From a virus: a stretch of DNA of 27,462 nt. A model generated the notes under the pieces. That model made no database searches, was not told the DNA's origin, and was given only the letters and a program-made list of their open reading frames with translations. The translations under genes and the position numbers were made by a program. Numbering within the stretch: the first letter of the stretch is position 1; the number at the start of each line of letters is the position of its first letter. Positions 1-8,048 of the stretch are shown piece after piece. The stretch is taken from UHGV virus genome UHGV-1840938, one strand, 5' to 3'.

Positions 1-95
1 TGAATAAAACCACGAGTTCCTGGTGTGCCTTATTCGGCCTGCTAGTTCGAATTTAATTTACGGTTTTTATGTGGTTTTAGGGATAAACACAAGGA

Positions 96-170
96 TGGTG
101 TCCCCTGCAGGAATCGAACCTGCAATTAGCCCTTAGGAGGGGCTCGTTATATCCATTTAACTAAGAGGAC
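96..170 (-). tRNA. argW: tRNA-Arg (anticodon CCU), 75 nt, complete with CCA end
   Basis: Reverse complement folds as a cloverleaf: acceptor stem GTCCTCT/AGGGGAC, T-arm GCAGG-TTCGATT-CCTGC, anticodon stem AGCCC/GGGCT with loop CTCCTAA (anticodon CCT), 3' CCA. Matches E. coli argW as I recall it. Confidence 0.9.
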
Positions 171-290
171 ATTGTTGCGTATTGATTTTGGTTGTTCACC
201 ATATGACTGATAATACCGTCTTTATGGTTTTAAAATCAAGGTGTAAGTTCGTTTTTGTTCATGGTTGATTATCTTCTTTTGCGTTGAAAA

Positions 291-1535
291 GTGTTTTGTT
301 CACTTGCTAATGCGTACATATTGAGTACAGAATACATTATAAACTTGTGTACAGGATATAAAGCATTGGCACTGAGCGACACCAAACTACGAGGCCTCTA
401 CGGAAAACCCTACTCTGGCCCTGCTGAAATCACCGATGGTGACGGGTTAAGTGTGCGGATTACTCCAGCAGGAACTATCACGTTTCAGTACCGTTATCGC
501 TGGAATGGTAAGCCAGTACGTCTTACTGTCGGGCGCTATCCGTCTACTTCACTGAAGGACGCGCGTGTTATCGTCGGTGAGATGCGCGCATTGTACATGA
601 AGGGAGTTAACCCTAAAAATTATTTTGCGCCCAGTGACGGCGAACTGACATTAAAAGAATGTCTGGATCAGTGGTGGGATAAGTATGTTACTGATCTGAA
701 ACCCAATACACAGACGCTTTACAGATCCGTCGTGTACAACACTATGTACACACAGTTTGAAGGCTCGCCAGTTGCCAGTATCCCAGTATCGGCATGGGCT
801 CGTTTCTTTGACAAACAAGAAAGCCTCAACAAGAAAAAGGCTCGTGTTTTGTTGTTACAACTGCGTTCAGTTATTAACTGGTGTATCAGCCGCCAGTTAA
901 TCCCATCATGCGAATTACTCAAGCTTAGTGTTAAGAATATTGGGAAAAAACCAGATGTAGGGAGTCGTGTACTTACCTATACGGAACTGGCAAAAATTTG
1001 GCTGGCGCTGGAGAACTCAAAAGTAGTTACTTCCAACAAGGTGTTACATCAATTGCTATTGCTATGGGGGGCCAGACTTTCTGAGCTACGTCTCGCGACA
1101 GCCAGTGAGTTCAACATGGAAGATCTGGTCTGGACAACCCCAAAAGAGCATTCAAAAATGGGGAATATTATCCGGCGTCCGGTATTCACTCAGGTTAAAC
1201 CTTATATCGAGAGATTGCTTAATGCGGGTTTTGATGTGCTATTCCCCGGGCAGGAAATAGATAAACCTATTGATCGTTCGTCGGCTAATTTGTACATGAA
1301 AAAGTTAAGGGAGAAAATTGATATTCCTGAATGGAGAACGCATGATTTTAGGCGTTCTCTGGTAACGAATTTATCTGGGGAAGGAATTATGCCCCACGTC
1401 ACTGAAAAAATGCTGGGGCATGAACTTGGGGGAGTTATGGCCGTGTATAATAAACACGACTGGTTGTCGGAACAGAAAGATGCGTATGAGTTGTATGCTG
1501 ATAAAATTTTCTGGCACGCTAAACAGCTCGGTTAA
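291..1535 (+). CDS. int: Tyrosine-type site-specific integrase (P4/CP4-57-like); likely true start is TTG at 366 (AGGA 9 nt upstream), giving about 389 aa
   Basis: N-terminal arm-binding-like region (ALSDTKLRGL...TFQYRYRWNGK), C-terminal catalytic HDFRRS (H-x-x-R) and tyrosine in VMAVYNKHDW; lies beside the tRNA. Confidence 0.9.
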   Translation: MFCSLANAYILSTEYIINLCTGYKALALSDTKLRGLYGKPYSGPAEITDGDGLSVRITPAGTITFQYRYRWNGKPVRLTVGRYPSTSLKDARVIVGEMRALYMKGVNPKNYFAPSDGELTLKECLDQWWDKYVTDLKPNTQTLYRSVVYNTMYTQFEGSPVASIPVSAWARFFDKQESLNKKKARVLLLQLRSVINWCISRQLIPSCELLKLSVKNIGKKPDVGSRVLTYTELAKIWLALENSKVVTSNKVLHQLLLLWGARLSELRLATASEFNMEDLVWTTPKEHSKMGNIIRRPVFTQVKPYIERLLNAGFDVLFPGQEIDKPIDRSSANLYMKKLREKIDIPEWRTHDFRRSLVTNLSGEGIMPHVTEKMLGHELGGVMAVYNKHDWLSEQKDAYELYADKIFWHAKQLG

Positions 1536-1701
1536 TTCCTCCGGCTTTAAGCCATTGTTCAACGGCCTGACGACTATATCGCGCCGGATGAGTAAGTACT
1601 GGTTCCGGGAATCCGTGTTTTTTTCGCAAATTATACAAAGCTGTGCGCCTTTTTTGTAACAAATCAGAAACCTCTTTTTCGGTCATTAAGTTGACTTCCA
1701 T
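1519..1701 (-). CDS. AlpA-family HTH protein, likely excisionase or transcriptional regulator
   Basis: 60 aa; pattern LYNLRKKHGFPEPV...RYSRQAVEQWL typical of AlpA/Xis-type proteins; AAGGAG 9 nt upstream of the ATG; convergent with and overlapping the integrase 3' end by 17 nt. Confidence 0.7.
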   Translation of the reverse strand: MEVNLMTEKEVSDLLQKRRTALYNLRKKHGFPEPVLTHPARYSRQAVEQWLKAGGINRAV

Positions 1702-1779
1702 AGTATGCGCTCCTTTTCTACATGTATTTCAACAGCCTGATATCATCCACGCCCTAAAGGACGTGGATTCCCGCTACGT

Positions 1780-2148
1780 TCACTCTGACAATTCGTTGAT
1801 CAAGTCACGGTATTTATTCAGTTCTTGCAACGCCTTACATGCACCCTCCCATCGTTTCTGTTTCCGCCCGGCGCGGCGCGCTTCTTTCCGTGATTTACGT
1901 AGCAGGTCACCTATAATGTTGTGCTGAACTGGCTGAACTGGCTGAACTGGTTGAACTGAATCAATATCTGTTTTGCTTCCAACTCCCTCTACTGCCTGCC
2001 AGATGCCGTTTTTTACCTTTACGATCCCCTGGTTTTTCAACTTCCACAGCGTATCAATGACGTCATTCAAATCATTATTGAGACCTTTAGAAATGCTGTC
2101 GGCTGTTGCTTTTCCTAATTTGTTCAATTCTGTGAGTACGGCGTTCAT
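1780..2148 (-). CDS. Hypothetical protein with internal (QPV)n repeat
   Basis: 122-aa ORF with AGGAG 7 nt upstream of the ATG; contains VQPVQPVQPVQ encoded by a 9-bp tandem repeat. Confidence 0.6.
   Translation of the reverse strand: MNAVLTELNKLGKATADSISKGLNNDLNDVIDTLWKLKNQGIVKVKNGIWQAVEGVGSKTDIDSVQPVQPVQPVQHNIIGDLLRKSRKEARRAGRKQKRWEGACKALQELNKYRDLINELSE
1924..1959. repeat. 9-bp tandem repeat (CTGAACTGG x3 plus one imperfect copy) inside the 1780..2148 CDS
   Basis: Direct reading of sequence; in-frame, encodes QPV repeats on the minus strand. Confidence 0.9.
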
Positions 2149-2183
2149 TTTTTTCTCCTGATATTTTAATGTCGGTGGGGGTG

Positions 2184-2396
2184 TTATGCGATTGGTGAGG
2201 TGTCAGCTTCTTCTACCAGCTTTTCCAGTTCATCCAGCTTTCGGGAAAGAATTTCACCAAACAGATGAAGTTCTGCATCTGCTGTGATCGGGATTGGAAC
2301 AAAGCGTATTCCACTTCTGGCAAGTTGATTTGCGATTTCCAGACACTGCCTTAATTCAACTGGTGATGCCTTTGTCAACGTCGTTTTTTCGCTCAT
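2184..2396 (-). CDS. Hypothetical small phage protein (70 aa, starts MSEKTTLTKASPVELRQ)
   Basis: Internal ATG at 2396 with GGAGA 7 nt upstream; the ORF-track version (to 2480) would overlap the methyltransferase gene extensively. Confidence 0.5.
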   Translation of the reverse strand: MSEKTTLTKASPVELRQCLEIANQLARSGIRFVPIPITADAELHLFGEILSRKLDELEKLVEEADTSPIA

Positions 2397-2982
2397 TGGT
2401 TTTCTCCAGAAATTTAACAATACCCGGAACCATCTCAATGGATGGTGTTCCGCATTGGTTACCCCATACATCAAATCCATGCGAGGTGTGGCGGGCGAAC
2501 AGTTCTATCCGGGGAACATCGCCAAGAAGTTGCACAAGTTTTTCTCGCGCCATATCCGGCTTGCGGGAGTGATCAAGGCGTGGTGCAGTAAATGACTGAA
2601 TTATTCCGGCGTTAATGCGTTCAGGCAGATTTCCTTTCACTGCAAAAAGGCAGTCTTCGCTGTTAGCGCGAGTGGTGCTACCCATACCCATGACCAGCTT
2701 GTCGGTCTGTCTTTTCCCGCATTTGTTCCAGGTTAATCCTTTCATCGTCACCAGGCGAAAGCCCCATGCTTCTACAACCTTCAATGCTTCAAGTGGTTGT
2801 GTAGGCACCCACCACATAGCCAACAGGCAGTTATCTGCTGCCAGTTCCCATACCGGGAGGCGGCAGATATCGAGAAGGCTCATGACCGGATATTTAAAAC
2901 TTGCACCGCGTTGACCATCGGTTGCTTTGTCGCGGAATGTCCAAGGTGGATCTGCGTAAATGAGAGTGTATTTGTTAGTCAT
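2356..2982 (-). CDS. MT-A70-family N6-adenine DNA methyltransferase (phage orphan methyltransferase)
   Basis: N-terminal IYADPPW catalytic motif and overall MT-A70-like layout; start overlaps the upstream gene's stop (ATGA). Confidence 0.85.
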   Translation of the reverse strand: MTNKYTLIYADPPWTFRDKATDGQRGASFKYPVMSLLDICRLPVWELAADNCLLAMWWVPTQPLEALKVVEAWGFRLVTMKGLTWNKCGKRQTDKLVMGMGSTTRANSEDCLFAVKGNLPERINAGIIQSFTAPRLDHSRKPDMAREKLVQLLGDVPRIELFARHTSHGFDVWGNQCGTPSIEMVPGIVKFLEKTNERKNDVDKGITS

Positions 2983-3410
2983 AGCGCCTTTTCAAACTCA
3001 TCAATGTAAAGTCCTGCTTTAATCAGTCGGCGACGGCGTTTGGCCTTTTGCTCGTATTCCTCGCGGCAGTTTTTTGCTGCGTGTTCACGGCTTCTGCGAC
3101 TGAATGGAGGAACGGCATTGCGTGAACGAGGTGTGTCACGACGAGGATTTGATTCGAGGGAGAAAAAGCGATCAACGATTCCGGTGTCTGTGGTGAATGA
3201 CTCTGAAGCCTTGATTTTCACAACCTTACTGCCTTTTGTCAGGCTGCGAGCTACCTTGTTGAACTCGCAAAGTGAAACACCAAATTTCTCTGCTATTTCA
3301 CTGCCAGTAACAGGACGACCACGAGACTGAATCATCCAGGTGACGCGTTCTTTTAACCCACGGAAGACACCGGGCCTTCCAGAACGCCTGTAGAAAGCGA
3401 TCTGTTTCAA
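2979..3410 (-). CDS. Hypothetical basic DNA-binding protein (putative HTH); TTG start
   Basis: 143-aa ORF, GGAGA 8 nt upstream of TTG; HTH-like stretch VTGSEIAEKFGVSLCEFNKVARSL; translationally coupled to the methyltransferase gene. Confidence 0.55.
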   Translation of the reverse strand: MKQIAFYRRSGRPGVFRGLKERVTWMIQSRGRPVTGSEIAEKFGVSLCEFNKVARSLTKGSKVVKIKASESFTTDTGIVDRFFSLESNPRRDTPRSRNAVPPFSRRSREHAAKNCREEYEQKAKRRRRLIKAGLYIDEFEKAL

Positions 3411-3433
3411 ATTTTTGTCTCCAGATATGAAAA

Positions 3434-3452
3434 CCCCGACGGGATGTCGGGG
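3434..3452 (-). terminator. Candidate intrinsic terminator (weak U tract) downstream of the 3466..4173 gene
   Basis: Stem CCCCGAC/GTCGGGG with loop GGGAT; on the minus strand it is followed by TTTTCA. Confidence 0.35.
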
Positions 3453-3465
3453 GTAGTGGGGGAGG

Positions 3466-3755
3466 TCAGAGGCTTAAGGTGAAGCCTTTTCGGGAATTTC
3501 GATCTGACAGTCTTGAAATATCCTGTAGCGTGCGGCGCATTTCTTCCGTCAGATGTTTGAAGGCGTTAAATTCGGCGACAGCGGCGTCAACGTTATAGCC
3601 CTTGCTGTGTAGCTCGTTGAGGATGCGCATAGTTGGGCTTGGCATGTCGAAGAGCACAGAAACGTCCAGGTTAAGAGTTTTTCGATCAACATAGCTCATC
3701 ATGGAGTAGGGGTGATGCTCAGAAAACCACGAGAGAGGGTAGTTGATAGATAGCG
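3466..3755. repeat. Direct repeat copy A (~290 bp; near-identical ~125-bp core at 3533..3660) matching 12827..13116
   Basis: Core differs from 12893..13020 at only a handful of positions by eye; encodes the shared C-terminal domain. Confidence 0.85.
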
Positions 3756-4173
3756 TTGATTCTGGAAGCTGAAGTTGTTCTGGGATTTTTTGACTGAAAT
3801 AGCAGTCTTCCAGTTTTTCGAACACCTCCCACGCCCGATCGGTTTCGAGCATTTTTGCGTGACGGGCTGCGCCGCGTTCTGTCCAGAGAATGAGGGAGCG
3901 AACGTTACGGGCGATTGCCACAGAGTTACTTTGAGTAACCTTGTGACTCACAGAGTGACTTAAAGACACTCTGTGCTTAAACTCACGCAATTCTGCACCT
4001 TCCAGCAAAAAATAATGTTTACCAATAACAAAACGTTCATGGTTTCGGCTGTGGTTTTTGCGAATATTAGTTACTTCTGTGCCGTAAAGCTGCGCAAGAA
4101 GTTCAGTTGTAATAACGGGAATTTGGTTATGGCTGATCTGGGGTACTGTTTCTACGGTGATTTGAGTAGACAT
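3466..4173 (-). CDS. Phage antirepressor-like protein, ORF6N/KilA-N-type N-terminal domain plus a C-terminal domain shared with the Rha-family gene at 12827..13474
   Basis: N-terminus ITTELLAQLYGTEVTNIRKNHSRNHERF... resembles the ORF6N/KilA-N pattern; the C-terminal ~95 aa are near-identical to the 12827 gene; start chosen at ATG 4173 (GGAGAAG upstream) rather than ORF-track 4185. Confidence 0.75.
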   Translation of the reverse strand: MSTQITVETVPQISHNQIPVITTELLAQLYGTEVTNIRKNHSRNHERFVIGKHYFLLEGAELREFKHRVSLSHSVSHKVTQSNSVAIARNVRSLILWTERGAARHAKMLETDRAWEVFEKLEDCYFSQKIPEQLQLPESTLSINYPLSWFSEHHPYSMMSYVDRKTLNLDVSVLFDMPSPTMRILNELHSKGYNVDAAVAEFNAFKHLTEEMRRTLQDISRLSDRNSRKGFTLSL

Positions 4174-4445
4174 AGTCTTCTCCATATGTGTTTTAGTCTA
4201 CGCTCACCAGTTAGTAGCTGGTGATCGGGTGTCAACTAGAGCCACATATGAAGCTCCGGGCATATTCCCCTTGCGGGTGTTGTATTACGCCTCTCCACCC
4301 GACCTTTGTACGGATGTAACTATGCCAGATTGCAGGCATAAAAAAGCCGCAAGGCTATCGGGTGCGGTGACCGCATATGTGTTCTAGTGCGGTCAGTATG
4401 CGATAAGCGCTGCGGCATTGTCAAATCATGGGTATGAAAGATGGG

Positions 4446-4784
4446 TTAGTTTTCTCCTGGCTTCAGGCACTGGTAGAGTTTTGTCACGCTACCATTTAGT
4501 AATTGACCATACATGTTTTGCATCCCTTTAATACGGGTATGAGGGGTTAATTCAAGTGCGCGCTCATATCCCCAGCGAGCGCATACCCTACTGGCAATGC
4601 TGGTTGCTTCGCCCCAATGGGCATAACGACCATCGTCCGTCAAAGGGATGTTCGCTGAATGAACAAACCCCACCTCAACAGTTCCGGCGGATCTATTGGC
4701 ATCCACAACCTCAACAGGTTTACCTTTTGATGATGCGCATCCAGCTAAAATACAAACAGATACAATCAATGCTATATTTTTCAT
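4446..4784 (-). CDS. Putative lipoprotein (signal peptide with LAGC lipobox); likely moron
   Basis: N-terminus MKNIALIVSVCILAGCASS; AT-rich flanks; isolated transcription unit. Confidence 0.7.
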   Translation of the reverse strand: MKNIALIVSVCILAGCASSKGKPVEVVDANRSAGTVEVGFVHSANIPLTDDGRYAHWGEATSIASRVCARWGYERALELTPHTRIKGMQNMYGQLLNGSVTKLYQCLKPGEN

Positions 4785-4849
4785 TTCCTTCCTGTTCTCT
4801 CGTGATATTTATTAACAAAGATGTAAATTTTATATTGCTGAGTTAATAA

Positions 4850-5011
4850 ACATTCACCGTTTTACTGTCAATCATCCATCTGTCAAATCGTGATCTGGCA
4901 GGGAAACGCATCATTATGCTGCATAGCTTCATTAAGAAAACGCAGAAAACACCGCCAGCCGAACGCAAAAAAGCTGAAGCCAGAATGAAGGAGGTTAAGC
5001 ATGACTGGTAA
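4850..5011 (+). pseudogene. N-terminally truncated RelE/ParE (HigB-like) type II toxin remnant
   Basis: Open frame encodes ...GKRIIMLHSFIKKTQKTPPAERKKAEARMKEVKHDW, matching the conserved C-terminal motif of this toxin family; no plausible start yields more than 31 aa; stop overlaps the antitoxin start. Confidence 0.55.
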
Positions 5012-5309
5012 ACGCATTACACCTACCATGACACATGACGAAATGGCAGCCAAATGGATGGAGGATCCGGCTTTCAAAGCAGAATACGACGCCATCGCCG
5101 ACGAGTTCGCACTGCTTGATGAAATGCTGGCAGCACGAAAAGAAGCTGGCTTAACCCAGGCTGAAGTTGCCGAACGTATGGGAACAAAAGCGACTGCGAT
5201 CACCAGAATGGAAAGCAATCTTGCATCAGGTACAAGCGGCCCATCATTTGCCACACTGAAAAAATTCGCCCGTGCTACAGGGAAAAAACTCCAGATCCGC
5301 TTCGTTTAA
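5001..5309 (+). CDS. XRE-family HTH antitoxin (HigA-like antidote protein)
   Basis: 102 aa; GGAGG RBS upstream; HTH segment LTQAEVAERMGTKATAITRME; start overlaps the toxin-remnant stop in classic TA arrangement. Confidence 0.8.
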   Translation: MTGKRITPTMTHDEMAAKWMEDPAFKAEYDAIADEFALLDEMLAARKEAGLTQAEVAERMGTKATAITRMESNLASGTSGPSFATLKKFARATGKKLQIRFV

Positions 5310-5363
5310 CTCTCCACTACCGCGCCGTCATTCTGGCGGCGCTTTACCCCAGAGAAATATCAA

Positions 5364-5609
5364 TCACCGGATTACCACATCCCACTCCGGCTCCTGCCAT
5401 CTCAAATCCGGTGAATCATTTCTCTCAGGAATAACCATTACGTTCCTTTCCATCCGCTCCCTTTCTATCGCCATCACAGCCAATGCTGCAACCATGATGT
5501 ATTTTTGCTCGTCGGTTCCTGTTTCATAGCGCCACATGAGGGTAAACTCGGGGCGATCAGTAACCTCAATGATTTCGTTAATTTCTTTAATTTCGCGAGG
5601 AATATCCAT
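5364..5609 (-). CDS. Hypothetical acidic small protein (uncertain)
   Basis: 81 aa from the ATG in the CCATGG at 5606..5611, which also supplies the plus-strand start of the next gene; no recognisable motifs. Confidence 0.25.
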   Translation of the reverse strand: MDIPREIKEINEIIEVTDRPEFTLMWRYETGTDEQKYIMVAALAVMAIERERMERNVMVIPERNDSPDLRWQEPEWDVVIR

Positions 5610-6282
5610 GGGTTTAGTCTCCTTTGACATTACATGCCCGCACTGTTTAAAAGAGCGAGCTGTTATTGAGGCATTTGCCGAAAAACAAATTGAAAAAACA
5701 CCTCTTTTTAACGTCGCTTTTGTATGCAGAAGTTGTCATCAAGGAGGTGTTGCTATTGTTGAAATCCCATCAGACCACTATCACGGCCCTATGGCGGAAA
5801 GCCAGAAAAAAGACCTTGATATTCTGATTTCAGGAAATAGCCAGTACCGTTTCCGCAAGATCTATCCTGCGGTCAAAAAAATTACCGCACCAGAATCTAC
5901 GCCCCCGGTTGCAGACCGTACTTTTGTTGAGGCAAAAGAGGATTTACAGAGGAGGCGGTACGACACAGTGGTTATTCTTTGTCGCAGAGTCCTCGATATC
6001 TCAACGAAAAAACTGCTCGGCGATGAAGCAGGAAAAGAATCTCTGTCGCAACGTATTCAGATGATTTACAAAAAAGGCCTGATCACTGAACAGATGAAGG
6101 AATGGGCTCATATTGTACGAATAGATGCCAATAAAGCAGTTCATACAGATGAAGTATTCACACCAATTGAGGCAAGCCAGATACTGAGTTTTACCGAAAT
6201 GTTTTTAGTCTACGCCTTCACTCTGCCTGCAATGGTGGAAGCCAGATGTGACCAAAAAAGATCAGATTCAGCCTCTATATGA
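5608..6282 (+). CDS. Zn-ribbon plus DUF4145-like domain protein (candidate defence/abortive-infection protein)
   Basis: N-terminal CPHC...CRSC zinc-ribbon; C-terminal HIVRIDANKAVHTDEVFTPIEASQILSFTEMFLVYAF resembles DUF4145; GAGGA RBS before ATG 5608. Confidence 0.7.
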   Translation: MGLVSFDITCPHCLKERAVIEAFAEKQIEKTPLFNVAFVCRSCHQGGVAIVEIPSDHYHGPMAESQKKDLDILISGNSQYRFRKIYPAVKKITAPESTPPVADRTFVEAKEDLQRRRYDTVVILCRRVLDISTKKLLGDEAGKESLSQRIQMIYKKGLITEQMKEWAHIVRIDANKAVHTDEVFTPIEASQILSFTEMFLVYAFTLPAMVEARCDQKRSDSASI

Positions 6283-6355
6283 ATCTCTTTTCTGAACACG
6301 TAAATACTACTCCGACACACAGTAAGCCTCCCCCCCGTCATTCACGACGGGGATG

Positions 6356-7093
6356 TCATGTTCCAAACTCTGCGTTGTTCTCCGCCTCCAGGATTTCTTC
6401 GATCTTCTGTACTCCCCGATTATTATAGCGAAAGGTTTCTACCTGCTTATCCGAGTGCGGGGATTTGTCGATGAACCATTTCCCGTATTGTTCTGTTTTG
6501 AGCATGTAGGTATTGGCAATGCGACCAACCTTGTTAGCGGATATTTTGAGTTGCACTCCAACTTCTGACGCCGAATAGTAATGTTCATTGATCATCGGTA
6601 GCGGGATTACGTTAGCGCCTACAACGGGATTAACCAGGCTGGCGGCAACGACCTGTTTGGCTTCAGGGGCAAGGTTGGGGAGGAATCCGAAAAGGTCTTT
6701 CATTGTATCGACGGTCATTTTCAGCGCCCGCGCTTTGCGGAATTCCTCAAGGCCGTTAGTCGAATGTTTCGTGGTGGTTTTTTGTTGCAGTTGCTGTTGC
6801 ATTGACTCCAGTTGATCGACCAGCGAACGACGGACGGATTTAGATTCACGAGCGGCAACCCGAAGCGCTTGTTTATAGGTCATCACAATAACAACCTGAT
6901 CCGCACCACCTTTTTTCTTATCCATGGGGGTTACGAAATTTTCGTAACCCTCCCCCTCAAGTTCATCTTTGATGCGTGCAATGAAGTCGTTGTTGCGTAC
7001 TTCTTTTTCACCGCACAGTCTCCGCGCTTCATTCACCATTTTCAACAGAGCCTGGCTGTCGATAGTTCCATTTTTCATTATATTATTTTTCAT
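6356..7093 (-). CDS. Phage antirepressor/regulatory-like protein (KilAC/ORF6C-like C-terminal domain)
   Basis: 245-aa ORF; C-terminal YSASEVGVQLKISANKVGRIANTYMLKTEQYGKW...TFRYNNRGVQKIEEIL resembles antirepressor C-terminal DNA-binding domains. Confidence 0.6.
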   Translation of the reverse strand: MKNNIMKNGTIDSQALLKMVNEARRLCGEKEVRNNDFIARIKDELEGEGYENFVTPMDKKKGGADQVVIVMTYKQALRVAARESKSVRRSLVDQLESMQQQLQQKTTTKHSTNGLEEFRKARALKMTVDTMKDLFGFLPNLAPEAKQVVAASLVNPVVGANVIPLPMINEHYYSASEVGVQLKISANKVGRIANTYMLKTEQYGKWFIDKSPHSDKQVETFRYNNRGVQKIEEILEAENNAEFGT

Positions 7094-7182
7094 CGTGTTA
7101 ACCTCTCAAGCTCGCCGTAGCGAGTTCGCATAAAAGAAATCCCCGCGAGTGCGAGGATTGTTAGTTGCGCTCTGCTGCTGAT

Positions 7183-7464
7183 TTAGCCATCAATATTTAC
7201 CTTTATCGCGTATACCTTTACCGGTTTATCACCGAAGTGCGGATGTGTGATTGTCTTGATTTCATATCCGCCATACGGAATATCAATTCTGCGGCTGGAA
7301 TCGTCGCGCTTCGGATATCCCTTTGTGATAATCAGGCGGTCATATTCCCGGAACATGATTCGCTTATTCCAGTAGTCATTACACAAGCGATACTCTTCCG
7401 TTTTCTCCCCGCGAATCATGGCATCGAAGTATTCACCTTTGACGGCAAGTTGCAGGTTAGCCAC
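7183..7464 (-). CDS. Small phage protein, ASCH/DUF3850-like
   Basis: 93 aa; pattern LAVKGEYFDAMIRGEKTEEYR; typical lambdoid early-left small gene. Confidence 0.6.
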   Translation of the reverse strand: MANLQLAVKGEYFDAMIRGEKTEEYRLCNDYWNKRIMFREYDRLIITKGYPKRDDSSRRIDIPYGGYEIKTITHPHFGDKPVKVYAIKVNIDG

Positions 7465-8047
7465 GGTTAACCTCCTGAGGCGGTTCTGGTAGCGGCATCC
7501 AGTGGGTTACTTTCGATGCCGGTTCTTCCCCATTGTCAGTAACTGCCCACCATTTGTTTCTCGACCAATCGTAATACCCTTCGAAGGTATCGCACTCAGT
7601 CCAGCCGTAAGACTTACCCCAACACCAAACATACTGTTTATCGTTCGGCATTCGCTCACTACAGCTTATCCAACCATCCGGAGTTACCGGATAGTTGTCC
7701 GATAGCGCGTTCTGCAGTCGCTCCAGTTTCACGTATTCCTGAACCCTGTTTCCGTCGCATGCCTGAAGCCATTGCGCAGCCTTTTGTGCATCAGTGTGAA
7801 AGGCGCAAGTGCGTCCGTCATCAAATTGCATTTCGTAGAGGTCAGCAACCTGTTCAAACTGCGTTTGTGGCAACCTGTAAGTTTGGCTTACAGGTTCTGC
7901 ACTATCAGCTTCGCGCCGCTTCTGTAGCTCTGCTGCCATTGCTCTCACGACTTCAACTGGTGCCCTTGCAGCAAACTCTATGTTGGTGATCAGCTCATTA
8001 AGATATTGCTCGCTGGGATACTGTTTCTTATTGGTAATAGTGGTCAT
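7457..8047 (-). CDS. DUF551 domain-containing phage protein
   Basis: C-terminus WISCSERMPNDKQYVWCW...VTHWMPLPEPP matches the DUF551 signature. Confidence 0.75.
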   Translation of the reverse strand: MTTITNKKQYPSEQYLNELITNIEFAARAPVEVVRAMAAELQKRREADSAEPVSQTYRLPQTQFEQVADLYEMQFDDGRTCAFHTDAQKAAQWLQACDGNRVQEYVKLERLQNALSDNYPVTPDGWISCSERMPNDKQYVWCWGKSYGWTECDTFEGYYDWSRNKWWAVTDNGEEPASKVTHWMPLPEPPQEVNRG

Positions 8048-8048
8048 C

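Noticed and set aside
1420-1927. Plus-strand ORFs of 79 and 94 aa overlapping the integrase 3' end and the AlpA-like gene
   Set aside because: Antisense to or overlapping well-supported genes; no RBS or motifs.
4883-5254. 123-aa minus-strand ORF
   Set aside because: Lies antisense to the well-supported HTH antitoxin gene, has a low-complexity Ser/Ala-rich translation and no RBS.
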